Below the pieces are notes generated by a model, which was given only the letters and a program-made list of their open reading frames with translations, was not told the DNA's origin and searched no databases. 64,000 nt of DNA from Chiloscyllium plagiosum (taxonomy: Eukaryota). The position numbers were made by a program, and so were the translations under genes. The stretch lies in the NCBI RefSeq assembly GCF_004010195.1, contig NC_057718.1:21488735-21552734 (forward strand). Direction: 5' to 3'. Below, one piece after another: positions 49,312-61,389 of this stretch (positions are counted from its first letter, which is position 1; the number at the start of each line of letters is the position of its first letter).

Positions 49312-51560
49312 ACCCTGTGCTGGCCTCTTACCCGCCCTCGATCTCTTCATATCCAACTGCCGCCGCAACATTGACCGCCTCAACCTGTCCACCCCTCTCA
49401 CCCACTCCAACCTCTCACCCTCACAACACCCAGCCCTCCACTCCCTCCGCTCCAACCCCAACCTCACCATCAAACTAGCAGACAAGGGAGGCGCGGTAGT
49501 AGTTTGGTGCATCCATCTTTACACCGCTGAAGCTAGACACCAATTCGCAGACACCTCCTCCTACTGCCCCCTTGACCATGACCCACCTCACACCACCAAA
49601 CCATCATCTCCCAGACCATCCATAACCTCATCACCTCAGGAGATCTCCCATCCACTGCCTCCAACTTCATAGTCCCACAACCCCGCACCACCCTTTTCTA
49701 CCTCCTACCCAAAATCCACAAACCCAACTGCCCCGGCTGACCCATTGTCTCAGCCTGCTCCTGCCCCACCGAACTCATCTCTGCATACCTCAACACTGTC
49801 CTGTCCCCCTTAGTCCATGAACTCCCCACCTACATTTGGGACACCACCCACGCCCTCCACCTCCTCCATGATTTTCGCTTCTCTGGCCCCCAACGCCTTA
49901 TCTTCACGATGGACATCGATAGGGTATACCTCCATCCCCCATCACGAAGGCCTTCAAGCCCTCCGCTTCTTCCACTCCCGCCGACCCAACCAGTACCCTT
50001 CCACTGACAACCTCCTTCAACTGACTGAACTGGTCCTCACTCTTAACAACTTCTCCTTCCAATCCTCCCACCTCCGCCAAACCAAAGAAGTAGCCATGGG
50101 CACCTGCATAGGCCCCAGCTATGCCTGCCTCTTCGTCGGATATGTGGAACAGTCCATCTTCCACAGCTACACTGGCACCACCCCTCACCTTTTCCTCCGC
50201 TATATCAATGATTGTATTGGTGCTACCTCATGCTCCCATGAGAAGGTTGAACAGTTCATCCACTTTACTAACACTTTCCACCCCGACCTCAAATTTACCT
50301 GGACCGTCTCAGACTCCTCCCTCCCCTTCCTAGACCTCTCCATTTCTATCTCGGGCGACAAACTACAAACCGACCGACTCCCACAGCTACGTAGACTACA
50401 CCTCCTCCCACCCTGCCCCCTGTAAAAATGCCATCCCATGTTCCCAATTCCTCCGCCTCCGCCGCATCTGCTCCCAGGAGGACCAATTCCACTACCGAAC
50501 AACTCAAATGGCCTCCTTCTTCAAAGACCGCAATTTCCCCTCCGACGTGGTTATTGATGCTCTCCACCGCATCTCCTCCACTTCCCGCACCTCCACCCTT
50601 GAACCCTGCACCTCCAATCGCCACCAGGACAGAACCCCACTGGTCCTCACCTTCCATCCCACCAACCTCCAGATACATCGTATCATCCTCCGTCATTTCT
50701 GCCACCTCCAAACAGACCCCACCACCAGGGATATATTTCCCTTTCCACTCCTATCAGCTTCAGGAGAGACCTCTCCCTCCGTGACTCCCTCGTCAGGTCC
50801 ACACCCCCCATCAACCCAACCTCCACTCCCGGCACCTTCCCCTGCAACCGCAAGAAGTGCTAAAACTTGCGCCCACACCTCCCCCTTCACCTCCCTCCAA
50901 GGCCCAATGGATCCTTCTATATCGGTCGTAAATTCACCTGCACCTCCACACACATCATTTACTGTATCCGCTGCATCCGATGTGGTCTCCTTTACGTTGG
51001 GGAGACAGCCGCCTACTTGCGGAACGTTTCAGGGACATCCGCACCAACCAACCCAACTGCCACGTGGCTGAACACTTTAACTCCCCGTCCCACTCCGCCA
51101 ATGACATGCAGGTTCTTGGCCTCCTCCATCACCGGACCCTGGCCACACAACGCCTGGAGGAAGAGCGCCTCATCTTCCATCTAGGAATCCTCCAACCACA
51201 CGGGATGAATGTAGATTTCTCCAGCTTCCTCATTTCCCCTCCCCGGGGTCCATGTGGTGCCGCTCATTTCCCCTCCTCCCACCTTATCTCAGTCCCAACT
51301 CTCAGATTCAGCACCGCCCTCTTGACCTGCAATCTTCTTTCCGACCTCTCCGCCCCCACCCCCTCTCTGGGCTATCACCCTCACCCACACCTCCTTCCAC
51401 CTATCGTATTCCCAGCGCCCCTCCCCCTACCTTTTACCTCAGCCCGCTTGGCACACCAGCCTCATTCCTGAAGAAGTTCTTATGTCCGAAACGTCGATTC
51501 TCCTGCTCCTCGGATGCTGCCTGGCCTGCTGTGTTTTTCCAGCACCGCATTTTTCAACTC
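49312..51560 (+). mobile_element. Penelope-like retroelement (RT + GIY-YIG endonuclease), 5'-truncated and frameshifted, with 3' pLTR, in QPCT intron 3
   Basis: RT motifs (KLADKGGAVVVW, AMGTCIGPSYACLFVGY, LRYINDCIG) and a GIY-YIG-type YCIRCIRCGLLYVGET across frames; decayed hammerhead at about 51465-51500; exact 16-bp TSD TGAATATTGTGGTTTC (49296-49311 / 51561-51576). Confidence 0.9.
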
Positions 51561-53197
51561 TGAATATTGTGGTTTCCCATTTTAAGAAAATTATCATTTT
51601 GTCCCACTCAAATAAACATTAACTTTTTTCTATATTTTAACAAATTTTCTGGTTGTAGATGTTCATATGATGGATGATTAATATGGTAGCATTTCAGGCT
51701 TCACTTCATCAATAGTTGTATAGTAACTTATGCCTTCCCCTTGGCGTGTTGGTGGGGTGAAACATTTAACTACCTGGAAGAGACTTGCCCAATTAAGTCA
51801 GTGGCAGGCAGGCTTTTGATGTCCTTGCCAGCCCAGCTTCAATCAAGTCAATTGGACATTAGACATAAATTCAAATTGAAGAATGTAATATAGTAGCCAT
51901 TACTGAGGCATGACTGCAGTATGATCAGGACTGGGAACTAAATATACTGTGTTATGATGTTTACAGAACAGACAGGGAAAATGGTAGAGGTGATGGAGTT
52001 CCCTTATTGATTAAGAACAAAATTGCTTCAATGGTGAAGGAGGATATAATGTTGACAAAACATTCAGTGGAAACCGTATAGTTGGAACTGAGGAACAGTG
52101 AAGAAATTAAGACTTTAGTAGGTATTGTATACAGACCACCTGGTAGCTGCTCTGAAGTGCTAAATTGTATAAGTGCAAAAATTAGGCAAGTGTCCAGGAT
52201 ATATGCCCTGGGTACAACAAGAGGTCAAGCAACATTGGATTTAGTGATGAATAACGAGTTTGTGCATGAACATTTATCAAAATCATAACATGATTGAATT
52301 TAATGCAACTTTTGAAAATGAAGTGTTTGAATCAACTACTAGAGTTTTAGATTTGGGTAAAGCCAACTGGAACAAGGCGAGACAGATTGTCCACAGTGAA
52401 CTTGGAAGATTTGCTAATGGATAAAACAACTGAGGAACAGTACAGGATGTTTACAGAAATATTTAACAGCATACAAAACCAGTTTATATGCCTGAGAGAG
52501 AAAAGCTCTATTTCACAGGGAAAAAATAGCCATGGACAACTGAAGAGCTGAGTGACAGCATAAACTAAAAGAAAGCTTAAAAGAATGTGAAAAACAGCAC
52601 TGATCCTGCTGAATGGGAAAAATATAAAGGCCAACAACGGCCACAAAGCATCTTATATAAGCTACTAAAATGGATTATGAAAGGAAACTTGCTGGGGGCA
52701 TTAAAATAAATTAAAGTACATTTTGTAGTTATATAAAGGGAAAGTGGATAGTCAGGAGCAACACTGATCCATTAAAGATTGAAAGTGGGGGTAATATTCA
52801 TGATTACGGGGGAATAGCAGACATGTTGAATAATTACTTTGCCATAACATTTACAGTAGAAAAGGAGGATAGAAGTCCGGAGGAAATTATTAGTGGATTG
52901 AGAACAAGGACTGAATAAGATTAACATAAGTAAAATATCAGTAATGAGGAAATTAACGAGGAAGTAACAGATCCCCAGGACCTGACAGTTTCCATCCAAG
53001 AGTATTAAAGGAAATAGGGAAGAACATTGTAGATGCCCTAACTATAATTTTTCAGCTTCCCTACATACAGGAGTCGTCCTTCTGGATTTGAAAATTGTAC
53101 ACGTCACTCTGCTTTTTAATAAGGGCGAAAGAGGAAAACCAGGAATTACAGATCAATTTAGCAGGAGTTTATAATCAAGGATGGGGGTAACTGAATA

Positions 53198-53436
53198 CTA
53201 TAATGCGAGTTTCATCAGTGTGAAATGGCTAGAACACAATTGACGAATTTGGTTGGATAACACAAACTTTCTACTGAATGGATATAGCGATCTTCTACAG
53301 TGCCATTTTCATAGTGGTTTTCCATAGCGCAATTTTCTATAGTGTGAGGAACATAACTGTTGTGTTATGCGGCTTGCTGTAGCGCAATTTTCTATAGTGC
53401 GAGGAACACAACTGTGTGTAATGCCAGAACGACCTG
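53198..53436. mobile_element. Second copy of the same MITE, left TIR truncated
   Basis: Aligns by eye to 54208-54424; ends GAACGACCTG|TA. Confidence 0.75.
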
Positions 53437-54195
53437 TACCTTGGAAATTTTCGTTTAATCAGGGAAAGTTGACATGGATTCATAACAGGTTGGTCATGCC
53501 TGACAAGCCTCACTGAATTTTTTGAAGAGGTGACTAAGAGAGTGAACAGGAGAATCTCTATGAATGTTGTTTATATGGACTTCCAGAAGGTATTTGATGA
53601 AGAGCCATGTAAGAGATTATTGATTAAGGTAAAAGCCCACAGAATTCAGGGCAAATAAGTGACATTGCAAGGAAATTGGTAGAGTGGCAGACAACAGAAA
53701 GTAGGAATAATTGGTAGGTTCTCAAATTGGCAGGATGTGACCAGTAGTGTTTAACAACGATCGATATTAAGGCCTTAATTTTCATATTATTTATTAATGG
53801 CTTGGTGGCTTGAAAGTCATATAACCAAAATTTTTGATGGCACAAAGTTAGGCAATATTGTAGACAGTGCAGATGGCATAAAATTATGAAGGGATATTGA
53901 TCGTCTAGGTTAAATGGCAAAACTATGGCAGGCAGACTTCAATACAAGCAAATGTAAGATTATCCACTTTCGACCAAAAAAGGACAGATCAGGGTACTTT
54001 CAAGATGGATGAAGTTAAATACAGTTGATGTCCAAAGAGATTTAGAACATCAGATCTTTAAAATGTCACAAAAGGTGCAGAAAATCATCAAGAAAGCTAA
54101 TGGAATTCTGGCTTTTATATCTAGAGCATTGGAGTACAAGGATACAGAAGTTATGCTGCAGTTATATGAAACCCTGTTAGACCCCACTTGGAGTA

Positions 54196-54424
54196 CAGGT
54201 CATTTTGCTACAACGCGAGTTTCATCAGTGTAAAATGACTGTAACGCATTTGACGAATTGTGGACGTTGATTGGATAACGCAAACGTTCTACTGAATGGG
54301 TATAGTGATTTTGTATTAGTAATCCTCTACAGCGCAATTTTCTATAGTGGTTTTCCATAGTGCGATTTTCTATAGTGCGAGGTTACAGAGGAACACAACA
54401 GTTACGTTATAGCAGAACGACCTG
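54196..54424. mobile_element. Tc1/mariner(Tigger)-type MITE
   Basis: TIRs CAGGTCATTTTGCTACAACG / CGTTATAGCAGAACGACCTG with TA TSDs, inserted in CR1. Confidence 0.8.
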
Positions 54425-56019
54425 TAGTGTGCGCAGATCTGGACACCACACATTAAGAAGGATATATTAGCCTTTATATTAGCGATCTTCTACAGCATAG
54501 GTTTACAAGAGTGATACTTGGACTTCAGGGATTGTTATGAATTAAAATGAGAATCAGCTTTTATTGTCACATATATTCACTCGCATGAGTACAGCAAAAA
54601 GTTTACAAGCTGCCACTTATGGCACCATGTTAGGAACAAATGTGCCAAGACACAGAATCTTGGTACAAAGCAGATGAATAAAAAAAGCAAATTAAGAAGT
54701 TAAACATTACAGTCCTTCTTACTGAAATGTAGAAAAATTTCAAAGCAAGGTAATAGTTCAACATCACAGTCAGTAAGGGCCTGGCCATGCTGGGTTTGCA
54801 CTCGTCACAAGGGCTTGACCTTGCCTCCACTGCCTTGGGCTGCCTTTCTCACTTTCGTCACTGGCCCCCTCAGACTGCCTGCTCCCTCTCTCATCGCTGG
54901 TCCCTAGGGCTGTCTGTTCTCACTATTGTCGCCAACCCCTGATGCTGCCTGTTATCATTTCCACCACCTCTCAGTCTCAGGCTGCCTGCTCCTGCTCTCA
55001 TTGCCACTTGAGATGACTGCCATCGATGTTACCACTGATTTGCACCTCACATAAGGTAAGTAGAGTAATCTAATAAAAAAAGTACTGAAAGAACAGGAAA
55101 AAATTTGAAAGAAGTAAAAGTAAGAGTGGACGGAGTAGACAAACTGCGCATGAGCAGGAGCCTGCTGCACTGCGGTACTACTCTGCTACTATCTCCAATA
55201 TGGGGAGAGATTATATACATTAGGTCTGTTTTCTCTGGAATTTAGAATGTTAAGGAGTGATCTGACGAAGTTTTCAAGAAATTATTAGGAAAAGACTGAA
55301 TAGATAAAGATAAACTATTTCTACTGGTTAGGGATTCTAGAACTAGGAAACAGTCTGAGAATTAGAGTCAGACCATTCAGGAGAGATGTAAGAAGACACC
55401 TCCATACATAAAGGGTGGGGTTGTTTTGTACTTACATCTTCAGGTGGCAGTGGATGCAGGATCAGTTGTTAATTTTATATCTGAGATAGATAAATATTTG
55501 TTAAGTAAAGGTATAAGGGGATATGGATCAAAGGAAAATGTATGGAGTTAGACCACAGATCAGCCATAATCTCAGTTTTGTTGGAACAGTCTTGAGGGGC
55601 TGTATAGCTTATTCCTGTTCTCATGTTCCTATCAATAAAGCAGAGATGGAACATTGTCAGTCATTCAAAGGCATAGTGCCTGATTAAGAGATGCAGCACC
55701 ATAAAGGGGGATCCATTGAAAACAAACCCCTGCCATTTGTGCTGATCCCCATCCTCTATGATCCCCAGCTCAGACTTTGTCGGGTTTACCCATTTTAGGA
55801 ACTAAAGCAATATAATTTTGGCTGATGTTTCAGTGCTGCATTGTAGGACATACAATCTTTCAGATGAAATGTTAAATCATGGCCATCTCTGTCTGCTCAA
55901 AAAGAGGTAGAAATTCCCATATGCTATTTGAAGTGAGTCCTCCCACTAGTGCCAATAACAGTAACCAATAGTACTAAAGCAGCTTATCTAGCTAGTTATT
56001 CTACTCCAATAATAGAACT

Positions 56020-57410
56020 TTGATTTTCACTCCCGTGTTTAAAAAGGGAGTAAGGCAAAAGACAGCAAATTACAGGCTGATTCGCCTAACCTCGGTCATT
56101 GGTATGATTTTGGAGTCTATTGTGAAGGATGAGATTTCTGTATACTTGGAAATGAATGGTAAAATAAGGTATAGTCAGCATGGTTTCATCAAGGGGAGGT
56201 CATGCCTGACAAATCTGTTTAGAATTCTTTGATAATGTAATGAGCAGGTTAGGCTAAGGAGAGCCAATGGATGTAATCTACTTGGACTTCCAGAAGCCTT
56301 TGACAAGGTGCCGCACAGGAGACTGCTGGGTAAGATAAGGGCCCATGGTGTTGGAGGCCAGATGTTAGCATGGATAGAAGATTGGCTGTCTGACAGAAGC
56401 AAAGAGTGTGGGATAAAAGGATGCTTCTCAGGCTGGCAGCTGGTGACTAGTGGTGTTCCACAAGGGTCAGTGTTGGGGCCAAAACTTTTCATTTTATATG
56501 TTAATGATCTAGATAAAGAAACATAGGGCATTTAGGCTAAGCCTGCAGATGATACAAAGATAGATAGACAGGTAGTATTGAGGAGGTGGGTAGGCTGCAG
56601 AAAAATTTAAACAGATTAGGAAACTGGGTAAAAAAGTGGCAGATGGAATACAACGTGGGAAATTGTGAGGTCATGCATTTGGTAGGAAGAATAGAGGCAT
56701 GAAATATTTTCTAAATGGGAGTCGTAGTCCAGGATTCTTAAGGTAAACTTGCAGTTGTGTCAGTATTTAGGAAGGCAAATATAATGTTGCCATTATTTTG
56801 AAAGGACTAGAATATAAAAGCAGAGATGTACTTCTGAAGCTTTCTAAGGCTATGATCAGACCACATGTAGAGTATTGTGAGCAACTTTGGGTCCCATACC
56901 TCAGGACAGATGGACTGGCCATAAAGCGGGTGCAGAGGAGGTTCATGAGAATGATCCGAAGAATGAAAGGCTTAACATATGAGGACTTTTGAGGACTCCG
57001 GGTCTATACTCGATGGAATTTAGAAGCATGATAGGGAATCTAAATGAAACTTACAGAATGATGAATGACCTGGACAGAGTGGATGTTGGGAAGATGTTTC
57101 CACTAGCAGGAGAGACAAGGACCCGAGGGCACAGCTTTAGAGAAAAGGGATGACCCTTTAGAATGGAAATAAAGAGAAACTTCTTCAGCCAGAGAGTGGT
57201 GAATCTATGGTATTCATTGCCACAGAAGGCTGTGGAGGCCAGGTTATTGAGCATATTTAAGACAGAGATAGATAGGTTCTTAATTGTCAAGGGGATCAAA
57301 GGTTAGAGGGAGAAAATAGAAGAATTGAGTTGAGAAACTTCTCAGATTGAATGGTGCAGCAGACTCGATGGACCAAGTGGCCTAATTCCTGCTCCTATGT
57401 CTTATGGTCT
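56020..57410 (+). mobile_element. CR1 LINE RT fragment with 3' end, ending about 45 bp upstream of QPCT exon 4
   Basis: NYRLIRLTSVIG, SQHGFIKGRSCLTNL, SGVPQGSVLGP; tail cctatgtcttatggtct. Confidence 0.88.
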
Positions 57411-57455
57411 AAAATCAACATGTACTTACGTGTAAATTATTTCTCCCTCATTTAG

Positions 57456-57686
<231 letters not shown>

Positions 57687-58737
57687 TAGATGGTCCAGGT
57701 TTTCCCAAACACAGACAAAAATTCAATTCCTAAATATTCAACAAACCCCTTTTTCTTCCTATTGGTTAATGGCAATGTGAAATCTTGTTAACCACAGCTA
57801 AAACAGGCCTATTGGCTGTTCGCACTATTGGCTTTCCTGACACTAAGGGATACTTCAACAGTCTGAAGTCATAGTTCAGTTCAGACATCAGCAGCTCCGG
57901 AGGCAAGCCGAGAGATTTTTCCTAGCTGCCTGATGTAAGAACAGCAAATAGGGTGCACAATAGAGAAAACATCCTCCACTCTCCCACATAGTGCTGGCCT
58001 AGCTACAGTAACATTTTCTAGTGAAAATATTTCAAATGTTGGCGAGAGGGCACTTTGATTCTGAAGTTCCCTCTCAGTTACCTAACCCTCATGCATCTTG
58101 CTGCTTGTCTCCAGGTAGAAGGCTTCAAAAGAGCCCTTCAGCATTGAAAACCCGCCTGCACCTTTTATTTGATGTCTTCCATACCAACTCAAGGGACACC
58201 TCTGAAAATTGCAAAGCTTGGCTGTTTTATCCTGGGTGTTATTTTGGGTCCAAACAGTCCCCATTCCTGTTTCCCACATTTGGGTAGAAACTTCAGCCTG
58301 TATGTAGAATGTTGACATTTGCTATTGAATTGGAGATGCTGGTGTTGGACTGGGGTGTACAAAGTTAAAAATCACACAACACCAGGTTATAGTCCAACAG
58401 GTTTAATTGGAAACACTAGCTTTCGGAGTGCCGCTTTTTCATCATAGAGTCACAGAGTCACAGAGATGTACAGCATGGAAACAGACCTTTCGGTACAACC
58501 TGTCCATGTCGACCAGATATCCCAACCCAATCTAGTCCCACCTGCCAGCACCCGACCCATATCTCTCCAAACCCTTCCTATTCATATACCCATCCATACA
58601 CATACCACCCTCTGTGTGAAAAAGTTGCCCCGTAGGTCTCTTTTATATCTTCCCCGCTCACCCTAACCTATGCCCTCTAGTTCTGGACTCCCCGACCCCA
58701 GGGAAAAGACTTTGCCTATTTACCCTATCCATTGTGC

Positions 58738-58772
58738 CACCTGATGAAGGAGCGGCGCTCCGAAAGCTAGTG
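58738..58772 (+). ncRNA. Minimal hammerhead motif (family B), intact, sense to QPCT intron 4
   Basis: CAC-CUGAUGA-A-GGAGC-GGC-GCUCC-GAAA-GC-UA-GUG; stem I CAC/GUG, 5-bp stem II, palindromic stem III AGCU; predicted cleavage after A58769. Confidence 0.75.
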
Positions 58773-58901
58773 CTTCCAATTAAACCTGTTGGACTATAAC
58801 CTGGTTGAAAGCAAATTACTGCGGATGTTGGAATCTGAAACCAAAAGAGAAAATGCTGTAAAATCTGAGCAGGTCTGGCAGCATCTGTAAGGAGAGAAAA
58901 T

Positions 58902-58940
58902 AGTTGACATTTCGAGTCTAACTGACCCTTTGTCAAAGCT
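58902..58940 (-). ncRNA. Hammerhead-like motif with U3-A8 core variant (family C')
   Basis: AGCU-UUGACAA-A-GGGUC-AGUUA-GACUC-GAAA-UG-UC-AACU. Confidence 0.55.
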
Positions 58941-59567
58941 GGGGACTATAACCTGGTGTTGTGTGATTTTTAACTTTGCTATTGAAGACAGCAATGCAAA
59001 ATATATTTTTAAATGTATTCACTGATTGTTAGGGCAACACACAAAAGTTCAATTCTGTTCAATACATGATCCCGCCCAGAAGGTACAGAAACTAAAATAA
59101 ATATAATGGTTACTTGATCCAACGTTTATCTTTCAATAATGAACAACAATGAGTATGGATTGTCATTCTGCTACCCTTTCCTTACTATGAGAAAAATGGA
59201 GACTCTTACTATTCTAATTAACTGAGTTCAGTTTTTTTTTAGAACATGCTTCCAGAATAGTGTAGGTTAGATGGGCTTCAGATTGGTATGACATCGAGGG
59301 CCGAAGGGCCTGTACTGCACTGTAATGTTCTATTCAAGGTTTGTGCGAAGATTTATGTTCTATAATAATGCAAGTGCATTTTAGAGAGGATATTAATCTG
59401 AAGTTAAAGCAATTCATCACCCCCTAAACATTTTAGTGATGGAATTTAGACCTGATGGGGTCATTTTTAATGCTGTAAAATATATTTGGTAATTATTGGA
59501 AATTGAGATAATTAACAAACCTATTGATTTTCTAATTTTAATTTGACAATTACCTTATTATTCTTAG

Positions 59568-59678
<111 letters not shown>

Positions 59679-60634
59679 TAATAGAAATATTAGTGATATA
59701 GATTTACTATAAATTTGTTTATTATTATTTGTTGCAAATTTTATTCACCATGCATTTTGCTTTGTGTTTTTTTCCTTCTGACTTGTATGTATTCCTAAAT
59801 ACAATTTCCCAATCAATCTCACTCCAAATCCATCATCTTCTGAATCTCTTATCAATGTATAAACTTGAGCTCATCCAAAACTCTATCTGCCATGCCCCTA
59901 ATGCATATGAAATCCAACTTACTGATCCATCTTTCTGCTGACTGACCTTCTCTAATTTCTGCTTACTTTTAAAGTGTTGAATGTAGGTTTCAAATCCACT
60001 CCATGACCTCTTTCCTTTTCATCTTTGTCACTTCCTCCAACCTTACAAACCTCAAATACCTGCACTATTCTGATTCACACCTCTTAATCATCTTTGATTT
60101 TAATCACGCCCATCTTTAGCATCTATGCTTTCAGTCACAAAGGTGCTATCCTCTGAAATTCTCTTCCTGAACTCCTCTACTTTTCTTTAATGCGTCTGTT
60201 TTAAAAACTAACAAGTCTTTGACCACTACCATCATACCTCATGTAGTATAGTACCAAATTTTGTTTGATAACATTCATGTGAAGTATCTCAGGACTTTTT
60301 ACAAGGTTAAAAGTGCCACATAAATATCAAATGAATCAGCTTCCAAAAACCTGGGCAGCTCATCCCAGATTGGAACAAATTGATGTGTAAAACATATACT
60401 TACTATACTTATTAAATCACTTAACGAAATTATTTGTCCTCAGGAATTCATTACGTAATTTTCCAAAGCACAAATGGCTGACCATTGAAATTTCAAATGG
60501 GGTTTTGCCTGCCTCCTTAGTGTATTAGTGAAAACTACCAAAGAAACAGTACAGAAATCTCAATGCTTTATCCTGATTCAATTTACAATCAACTTTCACA
60601 AGAAACATATATATAGATAAACTGTAGTAGTCGA

Positions 60635-61207
60635 GACATTACGTTGAGGTTGTACAGGACATTGGTGAGGCCTCTTCTGGAGTACTGTGTCCAGATCTGG
60701 TCTCTCTGTTATCAGAAGGATATTATTAAGCTGGAGAGGGTTCAGTAAAGATTACCAGGATATTGGCAGGAATAGAGGGTTTGAGTTATATAGAGAGCCT
60801 AGATCGCCTGAAACTTTTTTCACTGGAGCATAGGAGGTTCAGAGGTGACATTACAGAGGTTTATAAAATTATAAAGAAGGTGAATGGCAGGTGCCTTTTC
60901 CCTAGGGTGGGGAATTTCAAGACTAGGGGCCATATTTTTAGGGTGAGAGGAGAAAGATTTAAAAACGATGAAAGGCATTTTTTTTTGCACAGCAAATAGT
61001 TCATGTGTGGAATGAACTTGCAGAGGAAGTGTTGGATTTGGGTACAGTTTCAACCTTTAGAAGACTTTTGGATAAGTGTATGAATAAGAAATATTTGGAG
61101 AGATATGGGCCAAGCACAGGCAGGTGGGACTAGTTTGGTTGGGGATTATGGTTAGCATGTGCTGGATGGACCAAAGGGTCTACTTCCAGGTTGCATGACT
61201 CTATGAA
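60635..61207 (+). mobile_element. CR1 3' fragment, ending about 65 bp upstream of QPCT exon 6
   Basis: LSYIESLDRLKLFSLEHRRFRGDITEVYKI; tail catgactctatga. Confidence 0.85.
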
Positions 61208-61272
61208 TCTATAATAAAAAACATTCCAGGTCAATGACCTTTCATCTGAACTTGCTTGTTGTTGTCTAATAG

Positions 61273-61389
61273 AACGTCGTCTGCATCGACTGGGTTTACT
61301 GAACAACCACCCCAATGAGGTGAAATATTTCTGGACCAGAATGCGAGCTGGGCATATTGAGGATGACCATAAACCATTTTTGCAAAGAG
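61273..61389 (+). CDS. QPCT: QPCT exon 6, (E)RRLHRLGLLNNHPNEVKYFWTRMRAGHIEDDHKPFLQR(G); final exon not in window
   Basis: Acceptor ttgtctaatAG and donor G|GTATAT; 117 nt, phase 1 to 1. Matches human HELHELGLLKDH...VIQDDHIPFLRRG. Confidence 0.95.

Larger units (their letters stand above)
51860..55630 (+). mobile_element. Long decayed CR1 LINE (APE endonuclease through RT to 3' tail) with nested insertions
   Basis: IVAITE...DVYRTDR, LVGIVYRPPG and YMDFQKVFD peptides; 3' tail at about 55560-55630. Confidence 0.8.
58330..58974. mobile_element. Family-B palindromic element with a nested CR1 3' fragment (about 58444-58732) and a nested family-C' element (58806-58942)
   Basis: Outer 12-bp TSD TTTGCTATTGAA (58318-58329 / 58975-58986); inner 15-bp TSD GGACTATAACCTGGT (58791-58805 / 58943-58957). 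Confidence 0.8.

Noticed and set aside
49817..51471. Functional RT/endonuclease gene
   Set aside because: Split over several frames with stops, YIDD changed to YIND, and 5'-truncated; a dead element.
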